Source of the DNA: Euryarchaeota archaeon UBA171
GTDB taxonomy: Archaea; Thermoplasmatota; Poseidoniia; Poseidoniales; Thalassarchaeaceae
Assembly: GCA_002497295.1 (NCBI GenBank)
Contig: DANO01000025.1
Coordinates: forward strand, 71,098 to 135,097
DNA length: 64,000 nucleotides
Reading direction: 5' to 3'
Within the stretch, counting starts at the first letter, position 1. Each line of letters begins with the position of its first letter. The notes under the pieces are model-generated. The model made no database searches, was not told the origin of the DNA, and worked only from the letters and a program-made list of their open reading frames with translations. Below are positions 53,130 to 62,612 of this stretch, one piece after another. Made by a program: the position numbers and the translations under genes.

Positions 53130-55243
53130 TCGAGGAAAGCCCTCCTTGCAGGCCGCAGGATTTTGGAAAGTTCGAGATTGTAGACAGGGATGGAGCTGCT
53201 AGAATAGGGAAAATCCATACTAATCATGGGATATTGACCACACCCACTCTTTTGCCAGTTGTAAATCCGAACATACTGACCGTTGAACCAAGAGAGATGT
53301 GGGACAAATTCGGTTTCAGAGCATTGATTACAAACTCGTATGTGATATGGAAGCATGAGAAACTTCGTGAAAAGGCGCTGGAAGAGGGCGTACATGAACT
53401 CCTGAATTTCCCTGGGGTGATTATGACCGACTCGGGCACCTTCCAGTCATATGTCTACGGGGATGTCGAGGTTGGAATCGAGGAGATTGTTGAATTTCAG
53501 CGAGATATCGGAGTGGACATAGGAACCATGCTTGACGTCTTCGGCCGTCCCGACATGACCAGGGAAGAGATAGAGGCCGCCGTAGACACAACTGCGAATC
53601 GTGCCAATGCATCTCTTTCATCGGCAGGAGAAAAATTACTTCTGAATGGACCCATCCAAGGAGGGACACATCAGGATTTGAGGGCGGAATCATCTTCCAG
53701 AATGGCTGCTTCAGAAGTGGGCGGGAGGGGATTCTCAGTCCACCCAATAGGAGGCATTGTCCCGCTCATGGAAACACAGAGATATTCCGATCTTTTCTCG
53801 GTGATACTCTCTTCCATGTCAGCACTACCTTCAGATCGCCCAGTCCATATCTTTGGCTGCGGACACCCCCTGCTATTCCCACTTTGCATTGCTCTCGGAG
53901 CAGATCTTTTCGACTCAGCAGCATATGCCCTCTTCGCCAAAGATGGGAGGATACTATCCGAGGAGGGGACCCACAGGATAGATTCTGCTGTGGAGTGGCC
54001 TGTCTCGTCAAGATATCTTGAGGATTATACGCCAAGGGAGGTTAGGGAGATGGACAAGAAATCCAGAACTGCACTTCTCGCGAGACATAATCTTGAGGTC
54101 ACACAGAGGGAACTCTCCCGCTGCAGGGAGGCCATAAGGAACGGGTCAATATGGAATCTCGCTGAACGTAGAAGTCATGCATCTCCTCATCTCAGGAAGG
54201 CGTTTAAGCAGGTACTCGAAGCCATCCAAGATGGGCCGGAAATACCATCTGGACGCCGAATGGCATCAATTATTTCTTCAACCGATCCAGTTCGGCCCTC
54301 CTCTGAACCATTCAGCGAAGACGTCTCCAAAAGACCACACATCATCCATGCTGGTACGTTACTAGAAAATAGGTGGAAATTACCAGGATCATGGTGGGAC
54401 GGGTCGACTGGACCCCCATCGAGTGTTGTGATATTGCATGGAAGCAATCCTCCATGGAGAACTGCATACGGGAGTGTAGTAGCAGAGATCCTTCAAGATG
54501 AACCTAAGACTGCAATATTCGTAAAAACACCTCTTGGACTGATACCCTACTCTTTGGAGGATTTATCGCCATGGTGCCGCATCGAGGGCAATGATGATTC
54601 AATACCCGGCGATCCTAATCTAAAAGAATCTTACATCCGATTAGATCGCCTGAGCTTGGATAAAATCCCTCTCGAATACAGAATTGCATCTGATTCGGAT
54701 ATCATGATGAAGAACGAGATTAGAGCATGGTTGGATAGGTGTTCCACGGTGGACAGACTCGCAGTCCTTTGTGGTGTGAAACCTTCTGACGGGTGCCGAA
54801 TAACAGACGGAATGAATGTCAGACATTCCAAGACGGGGAGGCCCGTAAACGTGCTGTCCAAAGATCGTCACTTATTCTCGCCCCGATTGAATGATGGGGG
54901 GATATCCCTTGCATTGGAAGGTGCCAAGGCGATTCACTCACTAATGGACATCCAACCGCCCCTCGGATTTTCCAACCATCAGGAAAATCATCTCCAGACT
55001 CATCCCGGTATTGCAAGAGTCACAATCCACTCTGATGCCATACCATTCGTGGGGGCTGGCAGGAATGTTATGCATGGGTTTGTAATCGGAGCGGACGAAT
55101 GGATTACTGTTGGGCAGCCATGCTTGGTCGTAGATGAAAATGGAACTCTCGTAGCACATGGGAACTCTAATTCAACCATGCATGAAATGTCGGTACTAAG
55201 AAAGGGCGTTGCAGTAAGAATCAGAGAGGGTGCTCTGCCTTGA
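53126..55243 (+). CDS. tgtA: Archaeosine tRNA-guanine transglycosylase (ArcTGT) with C-terminal PUA domain
   Basis: It carries FEIVDRDGAARIGKIHTNHGILTTPTLLPVVNP, MTDSGTFQ (catalytic Asp), HIFGCGHP...GADLFDSAAY (nucleophile Asp) and a C-terminal PUA-like domain, VVDENGTLVAHGNS...GVAVRIREG. Its start overlaps the AcnX stop by 4 nt. Confidence 0.85.
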   Translation: MIEESPPCRPQDFGKFEIVDRDGAARIGKIHTNHGILTTPTLLPVVNPNILTVEPREMWDKFGFRALITNSYVIWKHEKLREKALEEGVHELLNFPGVIMTDSGTFQSYVYGDVEVGIEEIVEFQRDIGVDIGTMLDVFGRPDMTREEIEAAVDTTANRANASLSSAGEKLLLNGPIQGGTHQDLRAESSSRMAASEVGGRGFSVHPIGGIVPLMETQRYSDLFSVILSSMSALPSDRPVHIFGCGHPLLFPLCIALGADLFDSAAYALFAKDGRILSEEGTHRIDSAVEWPVSSRYLEDYTPREVREMDKKSRTALLARHNLEVTQRELSRCREAIRNGSIWNLAERRSHASPHLRKAFKQVLEAIQDGPEIPSGRRMASIISSTDPVRPSSEPFSEDVSKRPHIIHAGTLLENRWKLPGSWWDGSTGPPSSVVILHGSNPPWRTAYGSVVAEILQDEPKTAIFVKTPLGLIPYSLEDLSPWCRIEGNDDSIPGDPNLKESYIRLDRLSLDKIPLEYRIASDSDIMMKNEIRAWLDRCSTVDRLAVLCGVKPSDGCRITDGMNVRHSKTGRPVNVLSKDRHLFSPRLNDGGISLALEGAKAIHSLMDIQPPLGFSNHQENHLQTHPGIARVTIHSDAIPFVGAGRNVMHGFVIGADEWITVGQPCLVVDENGTLVAHGNSNSTMHEMSVLRKGVAVRIREGALP

Positions 55244-55316
55244 ACAAGATGATCTTCGCGGGGATTGATTGATAGGTTGCTTGAACAATAGACAAACACG
55301 CAATGGAGGATAAGGT

Positions 55317-56282
55317 GTGAGTGATTCAGTTATCCGGATACGCGGACTCAGGAAGATGTATGGCCCACACGTCGCCCTTGACGGCGTTGATTTGGATATA
55401 GGTGCCGGCGGAGTAGGGATACTGGGGCCAAATGGTTCCGGAAAATCGACTTTGTTCAAGTGTATATTGGGGCTGATAAGAATCACTGAGGGGGGCGGCA
55501 CGGTTCTTGGAAAGGACATCGTGACCATGGGCTCCGAGATACGCTCTAGAATAGGCTACATGGCGGAATACGATTCTCTAGATCCAGCCCTAACTGCCGT
55601 CGACCATGTGAGATATGCCGGAGAACTCCTTGGAATGCGCCCAGATCAAGCAACACAGAGGGCACATGAAGTGCTACAGTACGTGGGTTTGGAAGATCAG
55701 AGGTATCGTACTATCGACAGCTTCTCGACAGGCATGAGACAGGCCACAAAACTGGCATGTGCAATTGTCCATGATCCCGAGATACTTTTCTGTGACGAAC
55801 CCACCAATGGCTTGGATACGTCTGCTAGGCAATTCATGCTTGACACGCTTAGAAGAACCATCTCTGACGGAGGAGGTACCGTGATTATGACTAGTCATGT
55901 CATGGAGGATATACAGGGTGTGTGTGAGCGAGTAGTAATGCTTTCTGGAGGGAAAGTCGTCCTTGAAGGCCGTATAGACGAACTCGCACGCCAAATTACT
56001 AGAGAAATCGAAATATCCGTCTGGGGCGGAGCCACAAAGCTCGAGGAATGGCTGCTGACAAAAGGACATCGTGTTAGGAGAATGGGACGCGTAATGAGGG
56101 TTGAAATGAAGGGTGATGAAACAATCCCAGCAATTCTTCTTGGGGCGTCTGAGACCGATGCCCAAGTTAGAGTATTGAAGGAGTATGAGCCAGATTTGGA
56201 AGATATCTTCCTCCTAATCATGCAACGGCTGGGGAAAGAGGCAAAGGGCGCTTCTGCCATTATCGGGGGCCGTGAAGAATGA
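55317..56282 (+). CDS. ABC transporter ATP-binding protein (ABC-2 exporter type), subunit 1
   Basis: It has Walker A GPNGSGKST, signature FSTGMRQ, Walker B ILFCDEPTNGLD and H-loop TSHVM. It has a GTG start with a GGAGGA SD 7-12 nt upstream. Confidence 0.9.
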   Translation: MSDSVIRIRGLRKMYGPHVALDGVDLDIGAGGVGILGPNGSGKSTLFKCILGLIRITEGGGTVLGKDIVTMGSEIRSRIGYMAEYDSLDPALTAVDHVRYAGELLGMRPDQATQRAHEVLQYVGLEDQRYRTIDSFSTGMRQATKLACAIVHDPEILFCDEPTNGLDTSARQFMLDTLRRTISDGGGTVIMTSHVMEDIQGVCERVVMLSGGKVVLEGRIDELARQITREIEISVWGGATKLEEWLLTKGHRVRRMGRVMRVEMKGDETIPAILLGASETDAQVRVLKEYEPDLEDIFLLIMQRLGKEAKGASAIIGGREE

Positions 56283-57286
56283 CTGAATCTGATAGCACCG
56301 TAGCTCTCGGTGAAGCCAGGATAGAGGCGGCATACGGCTCAGGCGATGGCGATGACGATTCATCTGCAACCGTGGCAAGGCCTATGCAAGGCAGGATATT
56401 CGAGCAGATATACCGTCCATGGAATGGACCTCTCGGTCCGCGGTGGGTCAGAAACTATGCAATCTACAGACATCACGTATACGGTATAATATCAGGCACA
56501 GGCCATCGTCGCTATCATCCATTCGTAAGGCTCTTGCTCCTCGTTGTTATTTTGGGATCGATGACCCCGATACTCATGTTATTACTTTCCACCATGGTGA
56601 GTGACGATGCAACAGGATTTCTGAATAGGATGTGGGGCGTGAATAGATACAATTTGTGGGGGAACGTGCTCGGTTATTTTCCACGCAATCTTTGCATGTG
56701 GCCATTATTGACGGCTCTTGTAGTCGGTGGTTTGGTATCCGACGACAGGAGAAATGGGACTAGTGCGATTTACTTCTCGAGGCCTGTTTCACGGCTTGAT
56801 TACGCAGCTATGAAATGGCTAAGCGCTGCCTCCGTCCTCGCTATAGTGATCCTTCTAACATACATGATGTACTATTCCGCGGCTGTCGTCTTCAAAGGAG
56901 AGGGTTGGTCGTTCATAGCCGACACGATACCAATTTTCATGGGAGGATTATTGGCCGGAATCTTCCTCGTATTTACTTACACAACGATAGGAATCGCACT
57001 TTCAAGCATAAGCACGAGTCGATTCACAGCATCAATTTCATTCCTGGGATACATCCTCGGCTCCAAACTCGTTGCATGGCTAATAGAAATACAGTTCGAT
57101 ACCACTTACGTGTACATGGTCAGCCCATATGACTGTCTAGCCCATGTTGGACAGTGGTTGGTCGGCCTCCCATACAACTACGATCACCCTCTCGCACTAT
57201 CGGCCATATCATTGGTAGCGATTAATGCGGCTTCATTGGCAATATTCGCAAGCCGCGTGGCATCACTGGAGGTGACTAGGGAATGA
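56279..57286 (+). CDS. ABC-2-type permease-like membrane protein, subunit 1
   Basis: It has six hydrophobic segments and the string IYFSRPVSRLDY typical of ABC-2 family permeases. It overlaps both neighbours by 4 nt. Confidence 0.65.
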   Translation: MTESDSTVALGEARIEAAYGSGDGDDDSSATVARPMQGRIFEQIYRPWNGPLGPRWVRNYAIYRHHVYGIISGTGHRRYHPFVRLLLLVVILGSMTPILMLLLSTMVSDDATGFLNRMWGVNRYNLWGNVLGYFPRNLCMWPLLTALVVGGLVSDDRRNGTSAIYFSRPVSRLDYAAMKWLSAASVLAIVILLTYMMYYSAAVVFKGEGWSFIADTIPIFMGGLLAGIFLVFTYTTIGIALSSISTSRFTASISFLGYILGSKLVAWLIEIQFDTTYVYMVSPYDCLAHVGQWLVGLPYNYDHPLALSAISLVAINAASLAIFASRVASLEVTRE

Positions 57287-58218
57287 CAAAACCACCTGCT
57301 GTGTCTCTAGATCATGTGTCGAAGTGGTACGGCCAGGTCATAGGCATCAATGACATATCAATTGCAATTGATGGGGGTGTAACGGGCATCCTGGGTATGA
57401 ACGGTGCAGGGAAATCAACTCTCTTCAAACTCTTGATGGGCAGAATCCGGCCGAGTAAAGGATCTGTACGACTCTTTGGAACTAATCCTTGGGAATCACC
57501 TGCTCCATATCGAAGAATTGGCTATGTTAGCGAATCAGAGAGGATGTATGATTGGATGACTTCGATTGACTTCGTATCCACTCTTGCCAGACTCCACGGC
57601 ATGACCAGGTCAGAAGCCGAATTTCGAGCTGAACAGGCTCTTTCCTTTGTCGATCTTGGAGACGTTCTGAACAAGGAGGTCGGCAAGTACAGCAAGGGTA
57701 TGCGCCAACGAGTAAAAATCGCAGCAGCGCTCGTCCACGACCCTGACTTGCTCATCCTAGACGAGCCTCTACATGGCTGCGACCCCTTAGCACGAACTAG
57801 CATAATGAACGTGATCCGGGAAATAGGTTCACGGGGAAAGACAGTATTGCTATCGAGCCACATACTGGAAGAAATCGAAAGAATAACCGAGCAGATAGTC
57901 ATCCTTCATGCAGGTAGGCTCGTCGCCCTTGGAAATCTACATGCAATTAGAGCAATGCTTGACAAGCATCCTCATCGAATACTGATACATTGTGAAGATG
58001 CAAGAGCCCTCGCATCAAGCTTCATCGACAAACAACCTGTTTATGGCGTCAGATTCCTAGACAATGAGCGACTCGAGATAATGACAAAAGATCTCTCTGA
58101 GGCGCATTCTATTTTACCAGCGCTAATCCTTGAGTCAGGAGTCCCGATACACTCTATTGAGAATCCAGATGATAATTTGGAATCTCTTCTCGGCTATCTT
58201 GTAGGTGATTCAGGATGA
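57283..58218 (+). CDS. ABC transporter ATP-binding protein (ABC-2 exporter type), subunit 2
   Basis: It has Walker A GMNGAGKST, signature YSKGMRQR, Walker B LLILDEPLHGCD and H-loop SSHIL. Confidence 0.9.
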   Translation: MTKPPAVSLDHVSKWYGQVIGINDISIAIDGGVTGILGMNGAGKSTLFKLLMGRIRPSKGSVRLFGTNPWESPAPYRRIGYVSESERMYDWMTSIDFVSTLARLHGMTRSEAEFRAEQALSFVDLGDVLNKEVGKYSKGMRQRVKIAAALVHDPDLLILDEPLHGCDPLARTSIMNVIREIGSRGKTVLLSSHILEEIERITEQIVILHAGRLVALGNLHAIRAMLDKHPHRILIHCEDARALASSFIDKQPVYGVRFLDNERLEIMTKDLSEAHSILPALILESGVPIHSIENPDDNLESLLGYLVGDSG

Positions 58219-59846
58219 GCAGGGGGGATCGGATAGACTCCGAAGGAAGACGCCTAGCTACTACTGTGTGGACAGCTCTTGACAGAAAAGCTGGAGCGAT
58301 AATCGAACTCACAGTCAGGCAACTCAAGAACAAGACCTCCACATGGACTGTAATGGGCGTCTCTGTCCTATTGCTAACACTCCTCTCAGCGTTCTATATC
58401 GACTCGGTAAGGGAAGGCTTCGAATCCATCGATAATGATGGTGACTCTGTTGATTTCGATGGCGATGGCTATCCTCTTGGACAGGAGATGAAGTACGGGT
58501 CCAGCGATTACGATGAAAGAGAATACCCTGGCGCTGCTATTTTCATACCCGAGAATCAAATTAACTACTGGGGCGTTAGAACACATTCTGGAAACTACAC
58601 CTGGCAAGCCTCTGGCCCATCCAAATTCACAGGAAGTTGGGAAAATATCTCCACTAATTATGCTGAATATGGTGATGAATGCCCTGAAATAATCGGAGAG
58701 GATCTGGCGAATACCCCCTACGGATATAGCTCATTTGCATGCACTCTTGCCGACAACTCCGTGTATGTCCAATTCTTGAGATTCGATGGAAACGGAACTC
58801 TGGCAGTCGCCGAAGGCTGGAACGCAGAGTATGGTAGAACAACCGAGAGCTACTATGTCGCACCAGATCCGCCAAGCGCGTATATCGATGAAGACGGACT
58901 GGACTGGGACTCTGAAAACCCCTCTCAAAGCCAGGGATTCGATGATGACGGAGACTGCACTCAAGAGGGATACTATCTCCCTACGGGAAGTCAGAATGAC
59001 GATGATAACAGGAATGGCGTGGCCTGCGACGTGCAGTGGATAAGAGGTCCGGATGGCTCTGTGCTGCAGATAAATCCGGATTATCTGGTCGATGAGGATC
59101 CTGTTGACTCAGAACTTCTGGGGGAATCTTCCCACAGGTCGTTCATAATCGCGACTGGGAAAATCGCATTCGCCATGATTATCGGTATATTCATGCCTCT
59201 ATTCTTGGCGCTCGGACTTATCCGTGATGAGAGTGAGAATGGAACTTTACATTATTTACTTTCAAAACCAATTCACCGTGGAGAATTCATAGTATACAGA
59301 CTCTCTGGGTATCTCATATTCACCGGCGGTTTCGTACTTGCGATGTCTCTCCTTATGGCTGCTGTTACTGTAACTCTCGGGCCGGATGGCAATAGGTTGG
59401 GAGACATCAACGTCTGGTTCGGGATAGGCGTAGTAACTGTGTTATCTCTTGCAGCATATGGCTCAATCTTCAATGCAATGGGTCTCGCATCCCCGAAATA
59501 TGGTGTTTATTTTGCGCTGGTGTACGGCGTATACGAATTCGCAATGGCCGTCATGACATTATTCGGAGCAGATCTAGTCCCGATAATCTCAGTTTCTCAT
59601 TGGTCTCTTCAAATGATAGATGCGATTGTAATTCTAGCTTGGCCGGATACCATCATGCTCGCCCAGATGGCCACTGCATTCAATCTTGAAAGTGGTTTAG
59701 CATTCTTCTGGAACCCTCCTGTACACACTTTCGGAACAGGCTCATCAGCCCTAGCAATGAGCCTTAGCGTAGTCGTACTTCTCGCATTCATAACACTCCC
59801 AGTACTCATCGGTCAATCCATATTCAATAGGAGGGAGATTGATTGA
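58215..59846 (+). CDS. ABC-2-type permease-like membrane protein with about 270-aa Asp-rich extracytoplasmic domain, subunit 2
   Basis: An N-terminal TM is followed by an ectodomain with Ca-binding-like loops (DNDGDSVDFDGDGYP, DEDGLDWD, DDDGDC, DDDNRNGVACD). Then come HYLLSKPIHRGEFIVYR and five more hydrophobic segments. Confidence 0.65.
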   Translation: MSRGDRIDSEGRRLATTVWTALDRKAGAIIELTVRQLKNKTSTWTVMGVSVLLLTLLSAFYIDSVREGFESIDNDGDSVDFDGDGYPLGQEMKYGSSDYDEREYPGAAIFIPENQINYWGVRTHSGNYTWQASGPSKFTGSWENISTNYAEYGDECPEIIGEDLANTPYGYSSFACTLADNSVYVQFLRFDGNGTLAVAEGWNAEYGRTTESYYVAPDPPSAYIDEDGLDWDSENPSQSQGFDDDGDCTQEGYYLPTGSQNDDDNRNGVACDVQWIRGPDGSVLQINPDYLVDEDPVDSELLGESSHRSFIIATGKIAFAMIIGIFMPLFLALGLIRDESENGTLHYLLSKPIHRGEFIVYRLSGYLIFTGGFVLAMSLLMAAVTVTLGPDGNRLGDINVWFGIGVVTVLSLAAYGSIFNAMGLASPKYGVYFALVYGVYEFAMAVMTLFGADLVPIISVSHWSLQMIDAIVILAWPDTIMLAQMATAFNLESGLAFFWNPPVHTFGTGSSALAMSLSVVVLLAFITLPVLIGQSIFNRREID

Positions 59847-61036
59847 ATGATCAGATGAAAAGATTCGGAGGGGATCTTTCTACCATGTGGCGATTCGACA
59901 TACTCCCGCCTATCAAGAGACTCTCGTGGTGGTGGTGGTGGTTCATCCTAGTTCTACCAGACTCGAAACACCCTGAGAGATCCCGGCAACTCATGGTTCT
60001 TTGGTCAACCAAGGAGACTCCCTCGATTAGGGTGAACAACCATTGGTGGAAGCCCGGGGCCAGGATGGCAATTGATGAGCATGATGGCCACGTTCTGCCG
60101 GGAATGGTGTGTGCATGGTGGTATGATGGGGATGTGATGCACGAGCCAGCTCGTATGACCGAATGCCGAATTGCAGCATTAACAGACACACATCCTGATT
60201 GGCCAGGAGAAGGGATGGGCATAGGCGGCGGAGCAGTGGTTCCCCTCACAAGCGATGATCTGTCCTTCGGCATGCTGCCCGACCTAAGCAAGATGTGGCT
60301 TTCATTCAAGCCAGATCATGAGTCAAACCCCGACCTTCCAAAATCCTTCGAGGCAGAATTGACTCCTTGGTGGGAACGCCCAAGCAGCGCAACATATGCG
60401 AATAACGTCTACGCAATGGGGATGGGGTATGATATCCTCAGAATACATGCTATGAAAGCCAAGGTATTGATTGACGGAGAGGCTGTAGAAGGTTCAGCAT
60501 ACTTTCAGAAGGTGACTGTGCAGGCTCCTAGCGTTCCCTGGTTCTGGGGTTTCCTCCATTTTGATGATGGGACATACCTGGATTGGTTCTTACCTCACAT
60601 CTCAGGGTCGATGTCAAAGAAAGACTCAGCACCCTGGTCCAAAAGGGATTCAATAAGATGGCCAAGTAATGCCAGGGGCCTGATGCACGATCGATCCAGA
60701 GGCACTACTGAGAAACTCGAGCAAGGATCGATTGAACTCATTCGTCCAGATGAGCCAAATGCATTGAGAGATTCAGATGGTTCGCTACTTCCAAGATTCA
60801 GGATAAGACTCCATAACGACAGAGTGAATGTGGAGCTCCAAGTAAGAGCCACTTCAAGGGCGCACTGGACTTTCGATCAACCCACTCGAGCAGGCCTAAC
60901 AAGTCATCTCACATACAACGAGTACCCTCTCGAAGTAGAGCATATCCTCCTATCTGACGAGGCCGGCGACAGGAATATTTCAGACTTCAAGTGGATACGC
61001 GGCAATGCAGAGCATGCCTGGGGAATCCTAAATTGA
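59843..61036 (+). CDS. Hypothetical Trp-rich protein, weak resemblance to tocopherol cyclase / CrtC / AttH lipocalin-like beta-barrel families
   Basis: It is 397 aa and carries SWWWWWFILVLPDS...LMVLWST near the N-terminus and GSAYFQKVTVQAPSVPWFWGFLHFDDG in the middle. These recall the W-rich entry motif and the G-x-aY-x-EK-x-W-G...W-x-W motif of those families. This is recalled from memory and unverified. Its start overlaps the preceding permease stop by 4 nt. Confidence 0.55.
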   Translation: MNDQMKRFGGDLSTMWRFDILPPIKRLSWWWWWFILVLPDSKHPERSRQLMVLWSTKETPSIRVNNHWWKPGARMAIDEHDGHVLPGMVCAWWYDGDVMHEPARMTECRIAALTDTHPDWPGEGMGIGGGAVVPLTSDDLSFGMLPDLSKMWLSFKPDHESNPDLPKSFEAELTPWWERPSSATYANNVYAMGMGYDILRIHAMKAKVLIDGEAVEGSAYFQKVTVQAPSVPWFWGFLHFDDGTYLDWFLPHISGSMSKKDSAPWSKRDSIRWPSNARGLMHDRSRGTTEKLEQGSIELIRPDEPNALRDSDGSLLPRFRIRLHNDRVNVELQVRATSRAHWTFDQPTRAGLTSHLTYNEYPLEVEHILLSDEAGDRNISDFKWIRGNAEHAWGILN

Positions 61037-61057
61037 AATGAAATATCTCAAACAACC

Positions 61058-61987
61058 ATGGCCAATACCGGGGACCAACTCAATAGTGAGGCTACTAGGA
61101 ACAAAATACCTACGTTGACAGACTCCGAGCAAATTCTATGGATAGGCCACCCTACAGCACGTAGCATGTATGGGAGATATGTTCTAGGGGGCTTGATGGG
61201 AGGGGTGTACTTATTTTTCTGGTGGGCGAATATGTCTGAAAGACCACAGGGGGAAGGGCAGATGGCATTTGTAATCAAGACGCTTCATCTTGGCGCAGAC
61301 CTCTCAGGTGTCTTCGGACTCTTGCTGGTTATGCTAATACTTGCTAAAATAATCCATTTTTCCAATGGCCCTGCCTCCGGAAAGTGGACCATCCTGTGGG
61401 TCGTCTTTTCAGCCGTATTGCCAGCTCTCTGGGTCTCCATGGAAATCGGTATCAACGTTGCTGGCTTTTTTGGGGACGGAGATTTCCCCCTGCCTAGCTG
61501 GGGTAATGGCTACTATTTCCTTCTGGGCCCCATGTTTGCAGGGGTTCTGATTGCATTCACGGCGATTTACCAAAGAGCATTCACATATGCAATAACTGAT
61601 CGCCGGATACACCTGATTAAGCGATTCATGTATCTCGATGCGAATAGCCAGAGCATCGGATACGACAGAATCGAGAATCTCATCGTCCAGACGTCAATCA
61701 CTAGCAGATTGCTTAGATTCGGAACGATACAGATACTCACCGCTTCAGGCCTGAATATTGCATCCGACTCGACTTCTGTAGCAGCAGGAGTATCGAATGA
61801 CATTCCAAATGACGAGCCTCCAGGGGGGATACGGAAACTATTCTCGGGGATTGGATTATTCCTCTCGTTCAAAAGAACTAGGCCGAAGGCGGTGAATGAA
61901 CCTGAGTCCTGTATATACGGAATTCATGCTCCTGAGAAGATACATCTTCTAATTAATCAGACATCCGATGCATTCCGGATGTCGTAA
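61058..61987 (+). CDS. Membrane protein with bacterial-type PH (bPH_2/YdbT-like) domain
   Basis: It has SEQILWIGHPTARSMYGRY, then several TM helices, then ITDRRIHLIKRFMYLDANSQSIGYDRIENLIVQTSITSRLLRFGTIQILTAS, the bPH_2 pattern. Confidence 0.65.
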   Translation: MANTGDQLNSEATRNKIPTLTDSEQILWIGHPTARSMYGRYVLGGLMGGVYLFFWWANMSERPQGEGQMAFVIKTLHLGADLSGVFGLLLVMLILAKIIHFSNGPASGKWTILWVVFSAVLPALWVSMEIGINVAGFFGDGDFPLPSWGNGYYFLLGPMFAGVLIAFTAIYQRAFTYAITDRRIHLIKRFMYLDANSQSIGYDRIENLIVQTSITSRLLRFGTIQILTASGLNIASDSTSVAAGVSNDIPNDEPPGGIRKLFSGIGLFLSFKRTRPKAVNEPESCIYGIHAPEKIHLLINQTSDAFRMS

Positions 61988-62064
61988 ATGGGCCTGACGA
62001 TCCTCTGGGCACAGGCATATCGTTGATAACCGAAAGCATCTTGGTTGTAGTACGAGGGATTCGC

Positions 62065-62610
62065 ATGTCCGAAGAAGATATCATCACAATAGCTGCACAA
62101 CACATCACTCGAGGCGATTATATGACTGCAATGTCGATATTTGAGGAGCACGTAAGCACTTCTCCGGACGACCCTGCTGGATACCACGGCTGGGCAGAAG
62201 CAGCAATGTTCGAAATACAAGAAAATGGAAATTTTGATGAAAAAGGGAATGATAGAATAAATGAGGGCAAAGTCCAATCTTATCTAAAAAAAGCAGCTGG
62301 TTTAGAACCAGATAATGCTGAGTACCAAGCTGCACTTGCAAATGCTCTCATCGAGTTCGATCGTGTCCCCATGGCTATCCGAGAATTCAAGAAACTGATT
62401 GAGCTTGGTAAGAAAACAGAGGATGTCGATGTTTCATTCCATCTTTATGAAGCTGCTAAACAATTAATTGATTGTATCGATGTTAAGGTTGGTTATGATC
62501 GAAGTGAGCAGTTTGCAAGACAATTTATTCCCGTTGCAATAGAATTTGCCATCCTAGGATTAGGTTTTTCTTCTGTCGAAGAAGCAATGGAGCACTTGGC
62601 CGAGGAGTAA
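62065..62610 (+). CDS. Hypothetical helical-repeat (TPR-like) protein
   Basis: It is acidic and predicted helical, with TPR-like segments (GDYMTAMSIFEEHVSTSPDDPAGYHGWAEA, PDNAEYQAALANALIEFDRVPMAIREFKKLIELG). I prefer the ATG at 62065 over the track start at 62023. Confidence 0.45.
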   Translation: MSEEDIITIAAQHITRGDYMTAMSIFEEHVSTSPDDPAGYHGWAEAAMFEIQENGNFDEKGNDRINEGKVQSYLKKAAGLEPDNAEYQAALANALIEFDRVPMAIREFKKLIELGKKTEDVDVSFHLYEAAKQLIDCIDVKVGYDRSEQFARQFIPVAIEFAILGLGFSSVEEAMEHLAEE

Positions 62611-62612
62611 AT

